Notes: generated by a model not told the origin, from the letters alone. Positions 42,801 to 55,411 are shown, counted from the stretch's first letter. The stretch: 64,000 nt of DNA from an uncultured Gammaproteobacteria bacterium (GCA_963815185.1 CAWFGC010000011.1:443618-507617), one strand, 5' to 3'. Program-made: numbers and translations.

Positions 42801-43946
42801 TCACAGGTTGCCCAGCAGCTCCCTGCCGATCAGCATTTGCCGGATTTCATTGGTGCCGGCGCCAATTTCATATAACTTGGCATCGCGCAGGATGCGGCCG
42901 GCGGCATAGTCATTGATGTAGCCATTGCCGCCCAGCGCCTGGATCGCTTCCAGCCCGGCCGTCACCGCGCTGCGTGAAGCGTGCAACAGGGCCGAAGCGG
43001 AGTCGATACGTGAACGCCGGCCGCGGTCGAAATCCTCCGCAATGCGGTAGGCATAGGCGCGCGAGGATTGCAGCGCGGTATACATGTCCGCCACCTTGGC
43101 CTGCATGATGCCGAACGAGCCCAATGGCCGGTCAAACTGCTTGCGCTCGTTGAGGTAGGGCAGCACCAGATCCATTGCCGCCTGCATCAGGCCAATGGGT
43201 CCGCCGGACAGGACCAGGCGTTCGGTATCGAGACCGCTCATCAGCACGCGCACGCCCTGATTGACCTCGCCGAGCACGTTTTCCAACGGGATCGGGCAAT
43301 TTTCGAACAGCAATTCGCAGGTGTTGGAGCCGCGCATGCCCAATTTGTCCAGTTTCTGCGCGGTGGAAAAGCCTTCCATGCCTTTTTCGACGATAAACGC
43401 GGTGATGGCGCGCGAACCGGCCTCTTTTCCGGCGGTGCGCATATATACAATGAGTACGCTGGCCTCGGGGCCATTGGTAATCCACATCTTGCTGCCGTTG
43501 GCCAGCCACACGCCATCGCGGACCTCGGCCCTGCAACTCATCGAACCGACCACATCCGAGCCCGCGCCGGCCTCGGACATCGCCAGCGCACCGACCGCTT
43601 CCCCGCTGCACAGCCTGGGCAGGTAACGTTTTCGTTGTTCGTCGTTGGCGTTTTTGTATAAATTGTCCATGGCGAGGTTGCTGCATGCGCCATAGGACAA
43701 GCCCACCGAGCCCGAGGCGCGCGAGATTTCCTCCATCGCCACCAGGTGGGCCAGATAACCCAGGTCCGAACCGCCGAATTCGCCGGGTACGGTCATGCCC
43801 AGCAAGCCCAGTTCCCCCAGTTTGGGCCACAGATCCTGCGGGAAATCGTTGCGCCGGTCGATTTCCGCCGCTCGCGGCGTGATTTCCTGCGCGGCAAAAC
43901 GGGCTACCGTTGCACGCAAAAGTTCGAGGTCTTCGCTCAACGGCAT
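42801..43946 (-). CDS. ivd: isovaleryl-CoA dehydrogenase
   Basis: It shows acyl-CoA dehydrogenase motifs: [44 protein letters not shown]. Confidence 0.85.
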   Translation of the reverse strand: MPLSEDLELLRATVARFAAQEITPRAAEIDRRNDFPQDLWPKLGELGLLGMTVPGEFGGSDLGYLAHLVAMEEISRASGSVGLSYGACSNLAMDNLYKNANDEQRKRYLPRLCSGEAVGALAMSEAGAGSDVVGSMSCRAEVRDGVWLANGSKMWITNGPEASVLIVYMRTAGKEAGSRAITAFIVEKGMEGFSTAQKLDKLGMRGSNTCELLFENCPIPLENVLGEVNQGVRVLMSGLDTERLVLSGGPIGLMQAAMDLVLPYLNERKQFDRPLGSFGIMQAKVADMYTALQSSRAYAYRIAEDFDRGRRSRIDSASALLHASRSAVTAGLEAIQALGGNGYINDYAAGRILRDAKLYEIGAGTNEIRQMLIGRELLGNL

Positions 43947-44255
43947 CGAGATGGTCAATTGCGGCTCCCGGCTGAGGCAGGTTTTGAAGCTGAATCGGCC
44001 CAATATTATAGCCCATGGGCACGGGCTCAGGCCCGATCGACGGCGGACCGGAGTCACGGCAAGCGTGCACGGTTCGGTCGGCAACATCAATCGGCCTTCA
44101 TATCAATATTTTAGACAAAAAAGACGCCCGGCGGTGTGATAGTTTCGTGATTATTCGGGTCTACTATCCGATTCCGGCAGAAGAGGAAATCGAATTGACC
44201 TATACGCAACAAACCGAGCGGCGCCGCATTCTCATCATCGAGGACGAGCGCGACC

Positions 44256-44435
44256 ATGGTGCGGGCGGATATCGGACTGATGCAAAGGGTGTTGGAAAAC
44301 CTGTTGCGCAACGCCATCATATTCACGCCGAGGGGCGGGGCAGTGACGATCAATCTGCAGCCGAAGCCGGGGACGGTCAGCGTCGCGGTGGTCGATACCG
44401 GCTGCGCAGGCGGCCTGAAAGCCGCCGGTCCGTGA
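44256..44435 (+). pseudogene. histidine kinase HATPase fragment, a remnant of a two-component system
   Basis: The 59-codon frame reads ...LMQRVLENLLRNAIIFTPRGGAVTINL...VSVAVVDTG (N-box and G1 region only). Just upstream, in another frame, RRILIIEDERD looks like a response-regulator N-terminus. Confidence 0.5.
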
Positions 44436-44442
44436 CAGGACG

Positions 44443-45054
44443 CTAGGCGGAAGCGCTGGGCCGCGCCTTGACGCGGTCGTACCAGGCCACGATGTTCTTG
44501 TTGTCCGGGTTCAGGGGTTGACCGACCCGGCCGCCAAACTCGAGGAAGGCAAACAGCAGGATATCGGCCAGCGTAAACCGGTCGCCGCAGACGAACTGTT
44601 TGCCCGCCATCTGGCCGTCGAGCCAGGCAATGCGTTCCTGTGCCAGTTGCTTCAGATCGGCAGCAGCATGCGGAATGGTTCTGATGCGGTCCTTGAACAA
44701 ATCCAGACCTTCACCGAAGCGGAAGCCGTTGCCCATCGGTTCCGCGATCTGCAGGTCGATGCGCCGCGCCCACATGCGCGTTTCGGCGCGCTCTTCCGGC
44801 GTCGTTCCGATCAGGCTGGACGGTCCGTTCTTTTCTTCCAGGTATTCGCAAATCGCCACGATCTCGGCCAGGAATGTGCCGTCATCGAGTTCCAGTGTCG
44901 GCATCTGGCCCGATGGGTTGCGCTGCATGTGGGCTGCCTGCCGGTTCTCGCCTTTCATCAGGTCGACTTCCTGCACCGGCATGCTGATGCCCCGCTCGGC
45001 CATGAACATTCGGACCGCTTTGGGGTTGGGGCCTACAGAATTATAGAATTTCAT
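44443..45054 (-). CDS. glutathione S-transferase
   Basis: It shows a GST N-terminal thioredoxin-like pattern (NPSGQMPTLELDDG) followed by a C-terminal helical domain. Confidence 0.8.
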   Translation of the reverse strand: MKFYNSVGPNPKAVRMFMAERGISMPVQEVDLMKGENRQAAHMQRNPSGQMPTLELDDGTFLAEIVAICEYLEEKNGPSSLIGTTPEERAETRMWARRIDLQIAEPMGNGFRFGEGLDLFKDRIRTIPHAAADLKQLAQERIAWLDGQMAGKQFVCGDRFTLADILLFAFLEFGGRVGQPLNPDNKNIVAWYDRVKARPSASA

Positions 45055-45108
45055 TTCAGTCCTCGAACTAGCTGTTTGTGAGTGGGGCGCGTGAATGCGT
45101 CACGCCGA

Positions 45109-48072
45109 TTATTCAACCACCTCGAATCCCTCTGCGTCCAGCTCTTTGATCGGCCAGTGCAGTTGCTCCAGTTGCGGCCGCAGCTTGGCAGCGTCCCCCA
45201 CCACGATGATGGCCACGTCCTGTGGGTGCAGCAATCGGCCGGCCAGCGCATTGAGCGTTGCGCGGTCGGTGTCCGCGAGCAGTTTCTTTTGCTGGCTGCG
45301 GTAGTCCAGCGGCAGGTCGTAGATCAATATCCGGGCCAGCAGTCCCAGTTTGCGGGCGGGTGTTTCGTAGCTTAGCGCGTCGCTCTGCCCGATGGCGTTT
45401 TGCATGTATTGGAACTCTTTTTCGGTCAGCCCCGTGGCGGCAAAATTCTGCAGTTCGTCCAGGACTTCCGTGATGGCCTGGCCGGTCGCGTCCTGGTTGA
45501 TTTCCCCCGAGAACTCGAAGCTGCCGAATTCCTGGCCACCGTCGAAACCGGTGTAGGCGCCGTAGGTCCAGCCTTTTTTCTCACGCAGATTGAGGTTGAT
45601 GCGGCTGTCGAAATTACCGCCCAGGGCAAAGTTCATCAGCCCGGCGCGGTAATAGTCACCCAGTGCGTCATAGGGCAGCGAGGGTTGCGCGATGCGTACA
45701 CTGGACTGGCTGGAACCGGGCTTGTCGATCAGGTAGATGGTGCGCCCGCTGATGGTGCGCAAACCGTCAATGCCTTTGCGCTCGACCGGGCTTACCGCCA
45801 ATTTGCCCAGACCGGCAACGACACGGTCGATGTCCGCCTGCGGCAGGCTGGTGCTGACCAGCACACCGTTCATATGCCGGGGAATATTGGCGGCATAAAA
45901 TGCCTTGACGTCCGCGAGCGTGATGCCGCTCAGCGTCGAGGGTAAGCCGCTTTCGGGATAAGACAGAGGATGGGTCGGTCCGGACAGGACGGCATCGGTC
46001 GCGCGGCTGGCCAATGCGGGCCCGGACTTTTGCGCCTGCAGCAGCGCTTCCATCGTGCGTGACTTGACCCGTTTGAAATCTTCCTCGCTGAAAGCCGGTT
46101 GCAGCAAGCGCTCCATCAATAGCGCCATGGCTGCGTCCAGGTGCTTGGCCAGCGTATTTACCGTGATGGCGGTTTCGTAGGTGGTCGAATTCACGCTGAC
46201 GCTGGCGCCGATGCGCTCCAGTGCTTCGCTGAATTCAGCGGCGCTGCGCTGCTGTGTGTCTTCGTTCATCAGCGCCGCCGTCAGGCTGGCGAGTCCGGCT
46301 TTGCCGGCAGGCTCATCCCGCTGGCCCATGGCGAACAGGACTTGCAAGGTGACGGTGGGGGTTTCGTCATTGGATACACTGAGCATGCGTACGCCGTTGG
46401 CCAGATGGCTGTCCCGGATCGCCGGCAGCCGCAAACCGGGATTGATGCCGGGCGTTGGTTTCACGCTGCGGTCGAAATCATCCTTCACCGTTCGCAGGGC
46501 GGGGGTGTTCTGCGGCACCGGCGGAGAAACCGAGGGCGGTATCTTTTCGGCCGCGCCGCCGGGCGCAATTTCGGGCGTGACATAATTCGGCTCCCTCGCG
46601 GCCATTTCTGCATGGCCGGCGGGCACCACACTGAGCACCACGGCCGGAGCGTGCTCGACATACTGACGGAATGCCCGGGTCACATCCTCGGGCTTGACCG
46701 CCGCATAGCGTTTGAGATCATCCTGCACGGCTTTCGGATCGCCGTTGAACATCTCGGAAAAAGCCAGCGCGCCGACTTTTCCGGCGACACTTTGCATATC
46801 GAAAATGCGCGAGGATTCAATCTGCGCCTTGAACTTGTCGAGGTCATCCTGGCTGACGCCGCGCGTGCTGAATTCGCTCAAGGTATCCCGGATGGCCGTC
46901 TCCATCTGCGCCAGGGTTTCACCGGAACTCGGGTTTTGCACCACGATGAAGGCCATTTCGCAAGCCAGTTCACGGCAGGTGTGGCTGACATAGACACTGA
47001 CCGCGCGCCCGCTTTGCACCAGGCGCTGGTACAGCAGCGAGGTTTTGCCCTGGCCCAGAATCTTGGCCGCGGCATCCAGCGGCGCCTCGTCCTTTTCGTA
47101 GTAATACACGGTGGGCACGAGCAGCGCGATGGCGGGCAGGTGAATATTGTCTTCCAGCGTGACGTAACGGTCGCTGTCCAGATGAGCCGGTTCCTTGGGC
47201 AGCGTAGCCACTTCCGGGCCGCTTGGAATCGGCCCGAAATACTTGGCCACCCATTGCAGGGTCTGTTGCGGGTCGATATCGCCGCCGATCACGAGTTGCG
47301 CGTTGTTGGGGCCGTACCAGCGCAGGAAGAAACGCTCCAGATCGTCCAGGGTTGCCGCGTCCAGATCTTTTGGCCAGCCCACCACCGGCCAGGAATAGGG
47401 GTGGTCGGGTGGGTAGAGGTTTTCCATCATCACCTCGGAGACGCGCCCATAGGGCACATTGTCCACCCGCTGGTTACGCTCGTTCTTGACGGTCTCGCGC
47501 TCGTTTTCGAATTTCTTTTCATCGACCGCCTGCAGCAGGAAGCCCATGCGGTCCGCTTCCAGCCACAGCGCCAGTTCAAGCTGGTTGACCGGAATGGTTT
47601 CGTAATAATCGGTGCGGTCGGTATTGGTCGAGCCGTTGAGCGAACCGCCGGCGTTGGCGATGATCCTGCTGAACTCGCCATTGGGGACATGTTCGGAGCC
47701 TTCGAACATCATGTGCTCGAAGAAATGGGCGAAGCCCGAACGTCCGGGCTGCTCGCGGCTGGAGCCGACATGATAGGACACATCGACATTGGCCAGGGGG
47801 TCGGAGTGGTCTTCATGCAGGATCAGGGTCAGGCCATTGTCCAGCCGGTACATGGTATAGGGAATGGAGAAATCGCCGTTCTCGCCGCGATAGTCTTCCA
47901 GCAGGGTCACACCCGCGGGCAGCGCGGGTTTTGCGGCGCTGACTGCCGGTTGCGCGACCGGGGAACTGACCGTGGCGTCGGTGGCGGTATCGCACGCGGC
48001 CAGCGCGAGCAGGGCGGTAACAAGGAAAGCGATCAGACGCAGCCGCTTGAGCATGGAATACCTCGTGTTCAT
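45109..48072 (-). CDS. M16 family zinc metallopeptidase (two-module pitrilysin-like), lipoprotein
   Basis: The lipobox is LLALAAC. The zinc motif is HFFEHMMFEG (HxxEH). A second inactive M16 module is present. Confidence 0.85.
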   Translation of the reverse strand: MNTRYSMLKRLRLIAFLVTALLALAACDTATDATVSSPVAQPAVSAAKPALPAGVTLLEDYRGENGDFSIPYTMYRLDNGLTLILHEDHSDPLANVDVSYHVGSSREQPGRSGFAHFFEHMMFEGSEHVPNGEFSRIIANAGGSLNGSTNTDRTDYYETIPVNQLELALWLEADRMGFLLQAVDEKKFENERETVKNERNQRVDNVPYGRVSEVMMENLYPPDHPYSWPVVGWPKDLDAATLDDLERFFLRWYGPNNAQLVIGGDIDPQQTLQWVAKYFGPIPSGPEVATLPKEPAHLDSDRYVTLEDNIHLPAIALLVPTVYYYEKDEAPLDAAAKILGQGKTSLLYQRLVQSGRAVSVYVSHTCRELACEMAFIVVQNPSSGETLAQMETAIRDTLSEFSTRGVSQDDLDKFKAQIESSRIFDMQSVAGKVGALAFSEMFNGDPKAVQDDLKRYAAVKPEDVTRAFRQYVEHAPAVVLSVVPAGHAEMAAREPNYVTPEIAPGGAAEKIPPSVSPPVPQNTPALRTVKDDFDRSVKPTPGINPGLRLPAIRDSHLANGVRMLSVSNDETPTVTLQVLFAMGQRDEPAGKAGLASLTAALMNEDTQQRSAAEFSEALERIGASVSVNSTTYETAITVNTLAKHLDAAMALLMERLLQPAFSEEDFKRVKSRTMEALLQAQKSGPALASRATDAVLSGPTHPLSYPESGLPSTLSGITLADVKAFYAANIPRHMNGVLVSTSLPQADIDRVVAGLGKLAVSPVERKGIDGLRTISGRTIYLIDKPGSSQSSVRIAQPSLPYDALGDYYRAGLMNFALGGNFDSRINLNLREKKGWTYGAYTGFDGGQEFGSFEFSGEINQDATGQAITEVLDELQNFAATGLTEKEFQYMQNAIGQSDALSYETPARKLGLLARILIYDLPLDYRSQQKKLLADTDRATLNALAGRLLHPQDVAIIVVGDAAKLRPQLEQLHWPIKELDAEGFEVVE

Positions 48073-48234
48073 GAATCAGTGAGTCGAATGGGGTGGCTGA
48101 ATGGGCAGGCGTAAAATGATAGCGGGTTTATAATGCGGCTGCCCATGCCAGAAGTCTGACACGGGGAATGCGCCGAGGTTCGGATGAATGCCGGCTCGCG
48201 CGCTCGAGCGTAGCCTGTAGCCGAGAGGATCATC

Positions 48235-49266
48235 ATGATGCAGTCAAGCACCTGGCAATTCGATGCCTATGGCCCACCGGGGCAGGCCCTGGCGTGGCGT
48301 GAACAGGAATTGCCCGAGCCGGGGCCGGGGCAGGCCTGGGTGAAAATCAAAGCGATCGGCATGAACCGCTCCGATTTGAACTACATCGGCGGGCACTACT
48401 TTCCGGCAAAGCATTTCCCCAGTTGTGTCGGCACCGAGGCAGTGGGCGAAATCATTGCGCTGGGGCCGCCGGGCCGGGGCAAGGCAGAGCCGCTGGAGCA
48501 TTTGCAGCTAGCCGAAGGGGACCGGGTGGGCACACTTACCTTGCGTATCGATGAGGCCGCGATGGGTGTTTACCGCGATGTCGGCTTGTACGACCAGGCG
48601 GCCCTGGCGCCGGTGCCCGAGGCCTACTCGGATGAAGAAGCTGCCGCCTATTGGGTGGCCATCCTGACCATGGGCGGAGCGATGGAAATGGGCGGGCTCA
48701 GTGCCACAACGGCCGCAGGGAAAACGGTGCTGATCACCGCCGCCGCCAGCGGCATGGGCGTAATGGCCTTGAAGTTGGCGAGGCTTTGGGGCGCGAACAC
48801 CATTGCCACCACGCGCAATCCCGCCAAGGTCAGTGAACTCGAAGCGCTCGCCGGCCAGGTGTTGGTTTGCCAGGATAGCCAGAGCCTTGCCGATGGGGTG
48901 CACAAGCTGACCCAGGGCCGGGGCGTCGATTGTGTGCTGGATCCGGTGGGGGCAGAATATTACCCGGGGCTTCTGAAGGCCCTGGCGCGCGGGGGCCAGA
49001 TCGTCAGTTACGAATGCATCACCGGCACGCAGGCCGGCCTTTCCATCATGGACATGATGATGAAAGATGCGAGCTTTCACGGCTTTACGGTGTTCCGGCC
49101 ATTTGCCAACCCGGCCTTGTTGAACCGGCTGGTGGCCATGGGTCTGGATGATGCCGCGCCGCTCAGGCCACTGATTTCCCGCAGCTTCGATTTGGCCGAG
49201 GCCCCACGGGCGCTGGAAGTTTTGGGGCGTTGCGAGCATGTGGGAAAATTGGTGATAAGAGTTTAA
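48235..49266 (+). CDS. NADPH:quinone oxidoreductase / zinc-type alcohol dehydrogenase-like (MDR) protein
   Basis: The MDR fold pattern is present, with the AAASGMG nucleotide-binding loop. Confidence 0.7.
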   Translation: MMQSSTWQFDAYGPPGQALAWREQELPEPGPGQAWVKIKAIGMNRSDLNYIGGHYFPAKHFPSCVGTEAVGEIIALGPPGRGKAEPLEHLQLAEGDRVGTLTLRIDEAAMGVYRDVGLYDQAALAPVPEAYSDEEAAAYWVAILTMGGAMEMGGLSATTAAGKTVLITAAASGMGVMALKLARLWGANTIATTRNPAKVSELEALAGQVLVCQDSQSLADGVHKLTQGRGVDCVLDPVGAEYYPGLLKALARGGQIVSYECITGTQAGLSIMDMMMKDASFHGFTVFRPFANPALLNRLVAMGLDDAAPLRPLISRSFDLAEAPRALEVLGRCEHVGKLVIRV

Positions 49267-49295
49267 CGACAAAGCAGAGAGCCAAGGAGCTATCC

Positions 49296-50594
<1,299 letters not shown>

Positions 50595-51052
50595 CCAAGG
50601 GGAAATTAACTAGGGGGAATTTATTTAAGGACGGTGGGGGACCGACCCGTCCCCACACCGTATATCCCGACACACATCGTCGGGTGGCGAGATAACTGGT
50701 AGTCGGTCGAAAAAAAGCGCGCAGTCAATAGAGCTGCGTCCACCGACTGCGCGCTAGCGTACTCCTAAAAATGAATTCATGCAAATTTGGCTAAAAATGC
50801 CGGAAAAGTACATGAAAAATCGTTAAAAGCAAGGATTTACAGATTCCCGTTGCTAAGTGCTAACCCTATCAACAAGTTGGTGATGACTCTTCAGGATTAT
50901 CTTGCGAAGAAGCACCCGGGATGTGAAAGACCATCCTTTCGGTCTTACCGATACCCGCCGCCCGCAACAACGTCATCCCACACCCCATTTATAGGCGTCA
51001 TCCCAGGCGAACGCCTGGGATCCAGGCAGTAAAGCCTCAACAGCGGAAAAGA

Positions 51053-51331
51053 TCAGTGGGTTTTGTCGCCGAGACGATTCAGGGCTTCTGCCTCGAACAT
51101 GGCCAGGAGTTCGTTGACTTCAGCTTCGATGTTCCCGCCGGGCTGCTTCTTCGCTTTGCGGATTTTCTCCGCCTGCCGGCGAACTTTGCCCAGGGCATTC
51201 AACAGCCAGGCGCGATCCTGGTGCACCGCGAAATGCCGCCAGCTAACGCAGCCCTCGATTTCCCTGGCTTCGTGTCTGGCAGTGATTTCCTTTAGTGATC
51301 TGACCCGTTCGTTCTTATATTCCTTTTTCAT
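51053..51331 (-). CDS. hypothetical small protein
   Basis: It is a 92-aa charged helical ORF with an AAAGGAA SD-like sequence upstream. I recognise no family. Confidence 0.45.
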   Translation of the reverse strand: MKKEYKNERVRSLKEITARHEAREIEGCVSWRHFAVHQDRAWLLNALGKVRRQAEKIRKAKKQPGGNIEAEVNELLAMFEAEALNRLGDKTH

Positions 51332-51443
51332 GCTGGTTCCTTTAACGTTCTGGGCATTGACCCTGATGCCGATGCAATGAGAATTTTACACGAGTCTCAA
51401 GGTACAATAATCATTTTGAACTGAATTAAATCTTCGAGAGCCG

Positions 51444-54400
51444 ATGAGCACAACCGCCAAGCACATAAGCAAGACCACGGACACGCAGCCGGAGCACGCG
51501 AAACCCCTGCGCTTCGTCACCGCCGCCTCCCTGTTCGACGGCCACGACGCCGCCATCAACATCATGCGCCGCCTGATCCAGGCACAGGGCGCCGAAGTCA
51601 TCCACCTGGGACACAACCGCAGCGTGCTGGACATCGTGCGCGCGGCAATTCAGGAAGATGCAGACGCGATTGCGATTTCGTCCTACCAGGGCGGGCACAA
51701 CGAGTTCTTCCAGTACATGGTCGATCTGCTGAAGGAGCGCCATGCCACGCACATCCGCATCTTCGGCGGCGGCGGCGGCACGATCACGCTGGACGAGAGC
51801 AAAGCGCTGGAAGCCTATGGAATCGAACGCATTTACCACCCCGAAGACGGCATGAAAATGGGCCTGGTGGAAATGATCGAAGACGTGGTCAAGCGCACCG
51901 CCGATGCACGCGTTGCCACCACGTTTCCGGGACAGGTGAATCTCGAAGACGACCAGACCATCGCCAATGTCATCTCCGCGCTGGAAGACCAGGTGTTCGG
52001 CGAGGCGGAACTGAAGCTCAAGCGGCGCGAATGGGAAGGCGCGAAGAAGCAGGCTCCGGTCGATCGGCCTCACCGGCACCGGCGGCGCCGGCAAATCCTC
52101 GGTAACCGACGAACTGCTGAACCGCTTCACGCAAAGTTTCCCCGACATGCGCATCGCGGTGCTGGCCGTCGACCCCACCCGCCGGCGCACCGGCGGCGCG
52201 CTGCTGGGTGACCGCATCCGCATGAACACCCTGCGCAACGAGCACATCTACATGCGCAGCATGGCCACGCGCCGCCAGCACCTGGCGACCTCGGTGATTC
52301 TGAAAGACGCCATCGCCTTCCTCAAATCGGCCGGCTTCGACCTGGTGCTGGTCGAGACCGCGGGCATCGGCCAGAGCGATTCCGAAATCGTCGACCTGGT
52401 CGATTTCCCGGTGTACGTGATGACCAGCGACTTCGGCGCGCAAAGCCAGCTCGAGAAAATCGACATGCTGGACTTCGCCCAACTGGTGGTGCTGAACAAA
52501 TACGACCGCCGCGCCGCCGAAGACGCGCTGCGCGACGTGCGCAAGCAATGGAAGCGCAACCACACGGCGTTCGATATGGACGACGAGGACGTACCGGTCT
52601 ATCCCACCATCGCCAGCCAGTTCAACGACCCCGGCATCAGCTGGATGTTCGTCAACCTGTGCCGCCTGCTGCGGGAAAAGCTCGAACTGCCGGCCGAACC
52701 CTGGACGCCCGAAATCGACACCACGCTGAAAGAACCCAAAGCCACCGTACTGATCCCCGGCAGCCGCCAACGCTACCTGGCCGAAATCGCCGAACAGGGC
52801 AGGGCAGTAAACGAAGACATCCGCCGCCAGGCCGAAGCCGCCAGCCAGGCCCAGAACTACTACGAATCCCTGAAAGCCCTGGAAGACCCGGCCCTCCCAG
52901 AACCTTTCGTCATCTTTGCGCCCGAAGCCCTCGTAGGAGGCCGCTCAGCGGCCGAAACACCCAATTCGCGCGCAAAGCGCGCTCCTACAGAGGAAGCCCC
53001 CGACCGAACCCAGTTGCTCCTCCGCCAACGCTACAACGAAGCCCTCGCCGAACTCAGCGAAGACGCGCATCCAACTATTAAAGGCCTGGCCCGAACGCAA
53101 GAGACGGCCTGCGCACCGAAAAATACACCTACCCCGTTCGCGGCCAGGAAGTCACCGGCAACAACTACCGCGAATCCCTGAGCAAACTGCAAATCCCCAA
53201 AATCGGCATGCCGCGCGACGCCGACTGGGGCGAACTCTTGAGCTTCCTGATGCGCGAAAACCTGCCCGGCGGCTACCCCTACACCGCCGGCGTGTTCCCC
53301 TACAGGAGAACCGGCGAAGACCCGATCCGCATGTTCGCCGGCGAAGGCACGCCCGAGCGCACCAACCGCAGATTCCATCTGCTGGCCCACGGCCAGCCCG
53401 CCGTGCGCCTCAGTCCACCGCCTTCGACTCCGTCACCTTATATGGAGAAGACCCGCACACCCGCCCCGACATCTACGGCAAGGTCGGCAACTCGGGCGTA
53501 TCGATCGCCACCGTGGACGACATGAAGAAACTCTATTCCGGTTTCGACCTGTGCTCGCCCAGCACCTCGGTATCGATGACCATCAACGGCCCCGCGCCGA
53601 TGATCCTGGCGTTTTTCATGAACACCGCCATCGACCAGCAGGTGGAGTTGTACCTCAAAGCCAACGACCTGTGGGAGGAGGCCGAGAAAAAAATCAACGC
53701 CTACTTCAAGGACAAAACCCGCCCGCAGTATCACGGCGAATTGCCCAAGCGACAACAACGGCCTCGGCCTGGCCCTGCTCGGCATCACCAGCGACCGCCT
53801 GATCGGCATCAAGGGTTTCGATCAGGCCAAATACGACGAGATCAAAGCGAAAACCGCTGTCCAGCGTGCGCGGCACCGTGCAGGCCGATATCCTCAAAGA
53901 AGACCAGGCGCAGAACACCTGCATCTTCTCCACCGAATTCGCCATGCGCATGATGGGCGACATCCAGCAGTTCTTCGTCGATCACAACGTGCGCAACTTC
54001 TACAGCGTCTCGATCTCCGGCTACCACATCGCCGAAGCCGGCGCGAACCCGATCAGCCAGCTGGCCTTCACCCTCAGCAACGGCTTCACCATCGTCGAGT
54101 ACTACCTCGCGCGCGGCATGGACGTGGACGAATTCGCCGGCAACCTCAGCTTCTTCTTCTCCAACGGCATGGACCCGGAATACACCGTCATCGGCCGGGT
54201 CGCGCGGCAGAATCTGGGCCAGAGCCATGCGCGACCGCTACGGCGCCAGCGCCGGAAGCCAGAAACTGAAGTACCACATCCAGACCAGCGGAAGGAGCCT
54301 GCACGCGCAGGAAATCCAGTTCAACGACATCCGCACCACGCTGCAGGCCCTGTACGCGCTGTTCGACAACTGCAACAGCCTGCACACCAACGCCTTCGAT

Positions 54401-54971
54401 GAAGCCATCACCACCCCCACCCCCGAATCGGTGCGAAGGGCGGTCGCCATCCAGATGATCATCAACAAGGAACTGGGCCTGAACTACTGCGAAAACCCCT
54501 GGCAGGGCAGCTTCATCGTCGACGAACTCACCGACCTGGTCGAAGAAGCCGTCTACCAGGAATTCGAGCGCATCTCCGAACGCGGCGGCGTGCTCGGCGC
54601 GATGGACACCATGTACCAGCGCAGCAAGATCCAGGAAGAAAGCCTGTACTACGAAAGCAAGAAACACGACGGCAGCCTGCCCATCATCGGCGTCAACACC
54701 TTCCTGCCCCCCGACGGCCACGGCGAAATCGGCGCCATCGAACTGATGCGCAGTTCGGAAGGGGAGAAGGATCAGCAGGTGGCCAATGTCGAGGCCTTCC
54801 GCGAAACGCATGCGAAGGAGGCCAAACCCCGCCTGGCGAAACTGCAGCAGGTGGCGCGTGAGAGAAAGAACACGTTCGAGGCACTTATGGAGGCGGCGAA
54901 GGTTTGTTCGCTGGGGTCGATCATCACATGCGCTTTATGATGTGGGGGGGGAGTATCGGAGGAATATGTGA
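51444..54971 (+). pseudogene. icmF: fused isobutyryl-CoA mutase IcmF (B12 domain - MeaB GTPase - mutase), with about 8 frameshifts
   Basis: The conserved IcmF sequence can be followed across ORFs 51444.., 52147.., 53208.., 53513.., 53866.., 54227.. and 54786..54971. Landmarks are [50 protein letters not shown] and the end ...[15 protein letters not shown]. Frame changes lie near 52061, 53065, 53112, 53415, 53752, 53860, 54207 and 54920. Confidence 0.85.
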
Positions 54972-55334
54972 TCTTCGGATGGAGTGATTGTTAACCGCTA
55001 GGTAGTTGGTCCGAATCTGACTAAGGGAGAAAAATAAGTCAACAGCTTGCAAAACAATGCGAGTCTTTTTACTTTTCGATTCAAGCGAATTCCAAATGTG
55101 GGTCCAAATCTGGGTACACATACGGACAAATGTCGGTGCTCGGTGTGCTTGCTATAAAATGAAATAGTCATGGCTACCAAGAGTCGAAATAGCACGAGCA
55201 TCGAAACAGAGGCAGATTCGCTGGTAACTATGTTTGCAACAGGCGTACCGCTGCTCCTCGACATCCCCGGTTTGTTTTTTATCGAGGCTAGTAGACGAAT
55301 CAAGCGCGGGTCTGAGCAACTCGCCCGGCTTCGG

Positions 55335-55411
55335 AAGTTATGGGGTCAGAGTAAAGGGACAGAGTAATCCTATAAGTTATGGGGTCAGAGTAAAGGGACA
55401 GAGTAATCCTA
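55335..55411. repeat. tandem 39-bp direct repeat (2 copies) carrying a GGGGTCAGAGTAAAG core
   Basis: AAGTTATGGGGTCAGAGTAAAGGGACAGAGTAATCCTA occurs at 55335 and again at 55374. Confidence 0.9.

Noticed and set aside
46141-48114. Very long ORFs antisense to conserved genes. Examples are 46141..48114 (+) opposite the M16 peptidase, 35976..37172 (+) opposite adhC, 19795..21093 (-) opposite the S8 protease, and 16112..16849 (+) opposite ccmC.
   Set aside because: These are typical GC-rich shadow ORFs. Their composition is Arg/Gly/Ala/His-rich and low-complexity, they carry no motifs, and the opposite strand encodes clearly conserved proteins.
55170-55367. A 65-aa ORF (MATKSRNSTSIETEADSL...) lies downstream of a TATAAA box.
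   Set aside because: It has no SD and no recognisable family, and it runs into the tandem repeat. Evidence is insufficient to call it a gene.
55335-55411. The tandem 39-bp repeat was considered as a mini-CRISPR array.
   Set aside because: There are only two adjacent copies with a 1-nt gap, no spacers, no cas genes and no leader. It belongs to the GGGGTCAGAGTAAAG repeat family.
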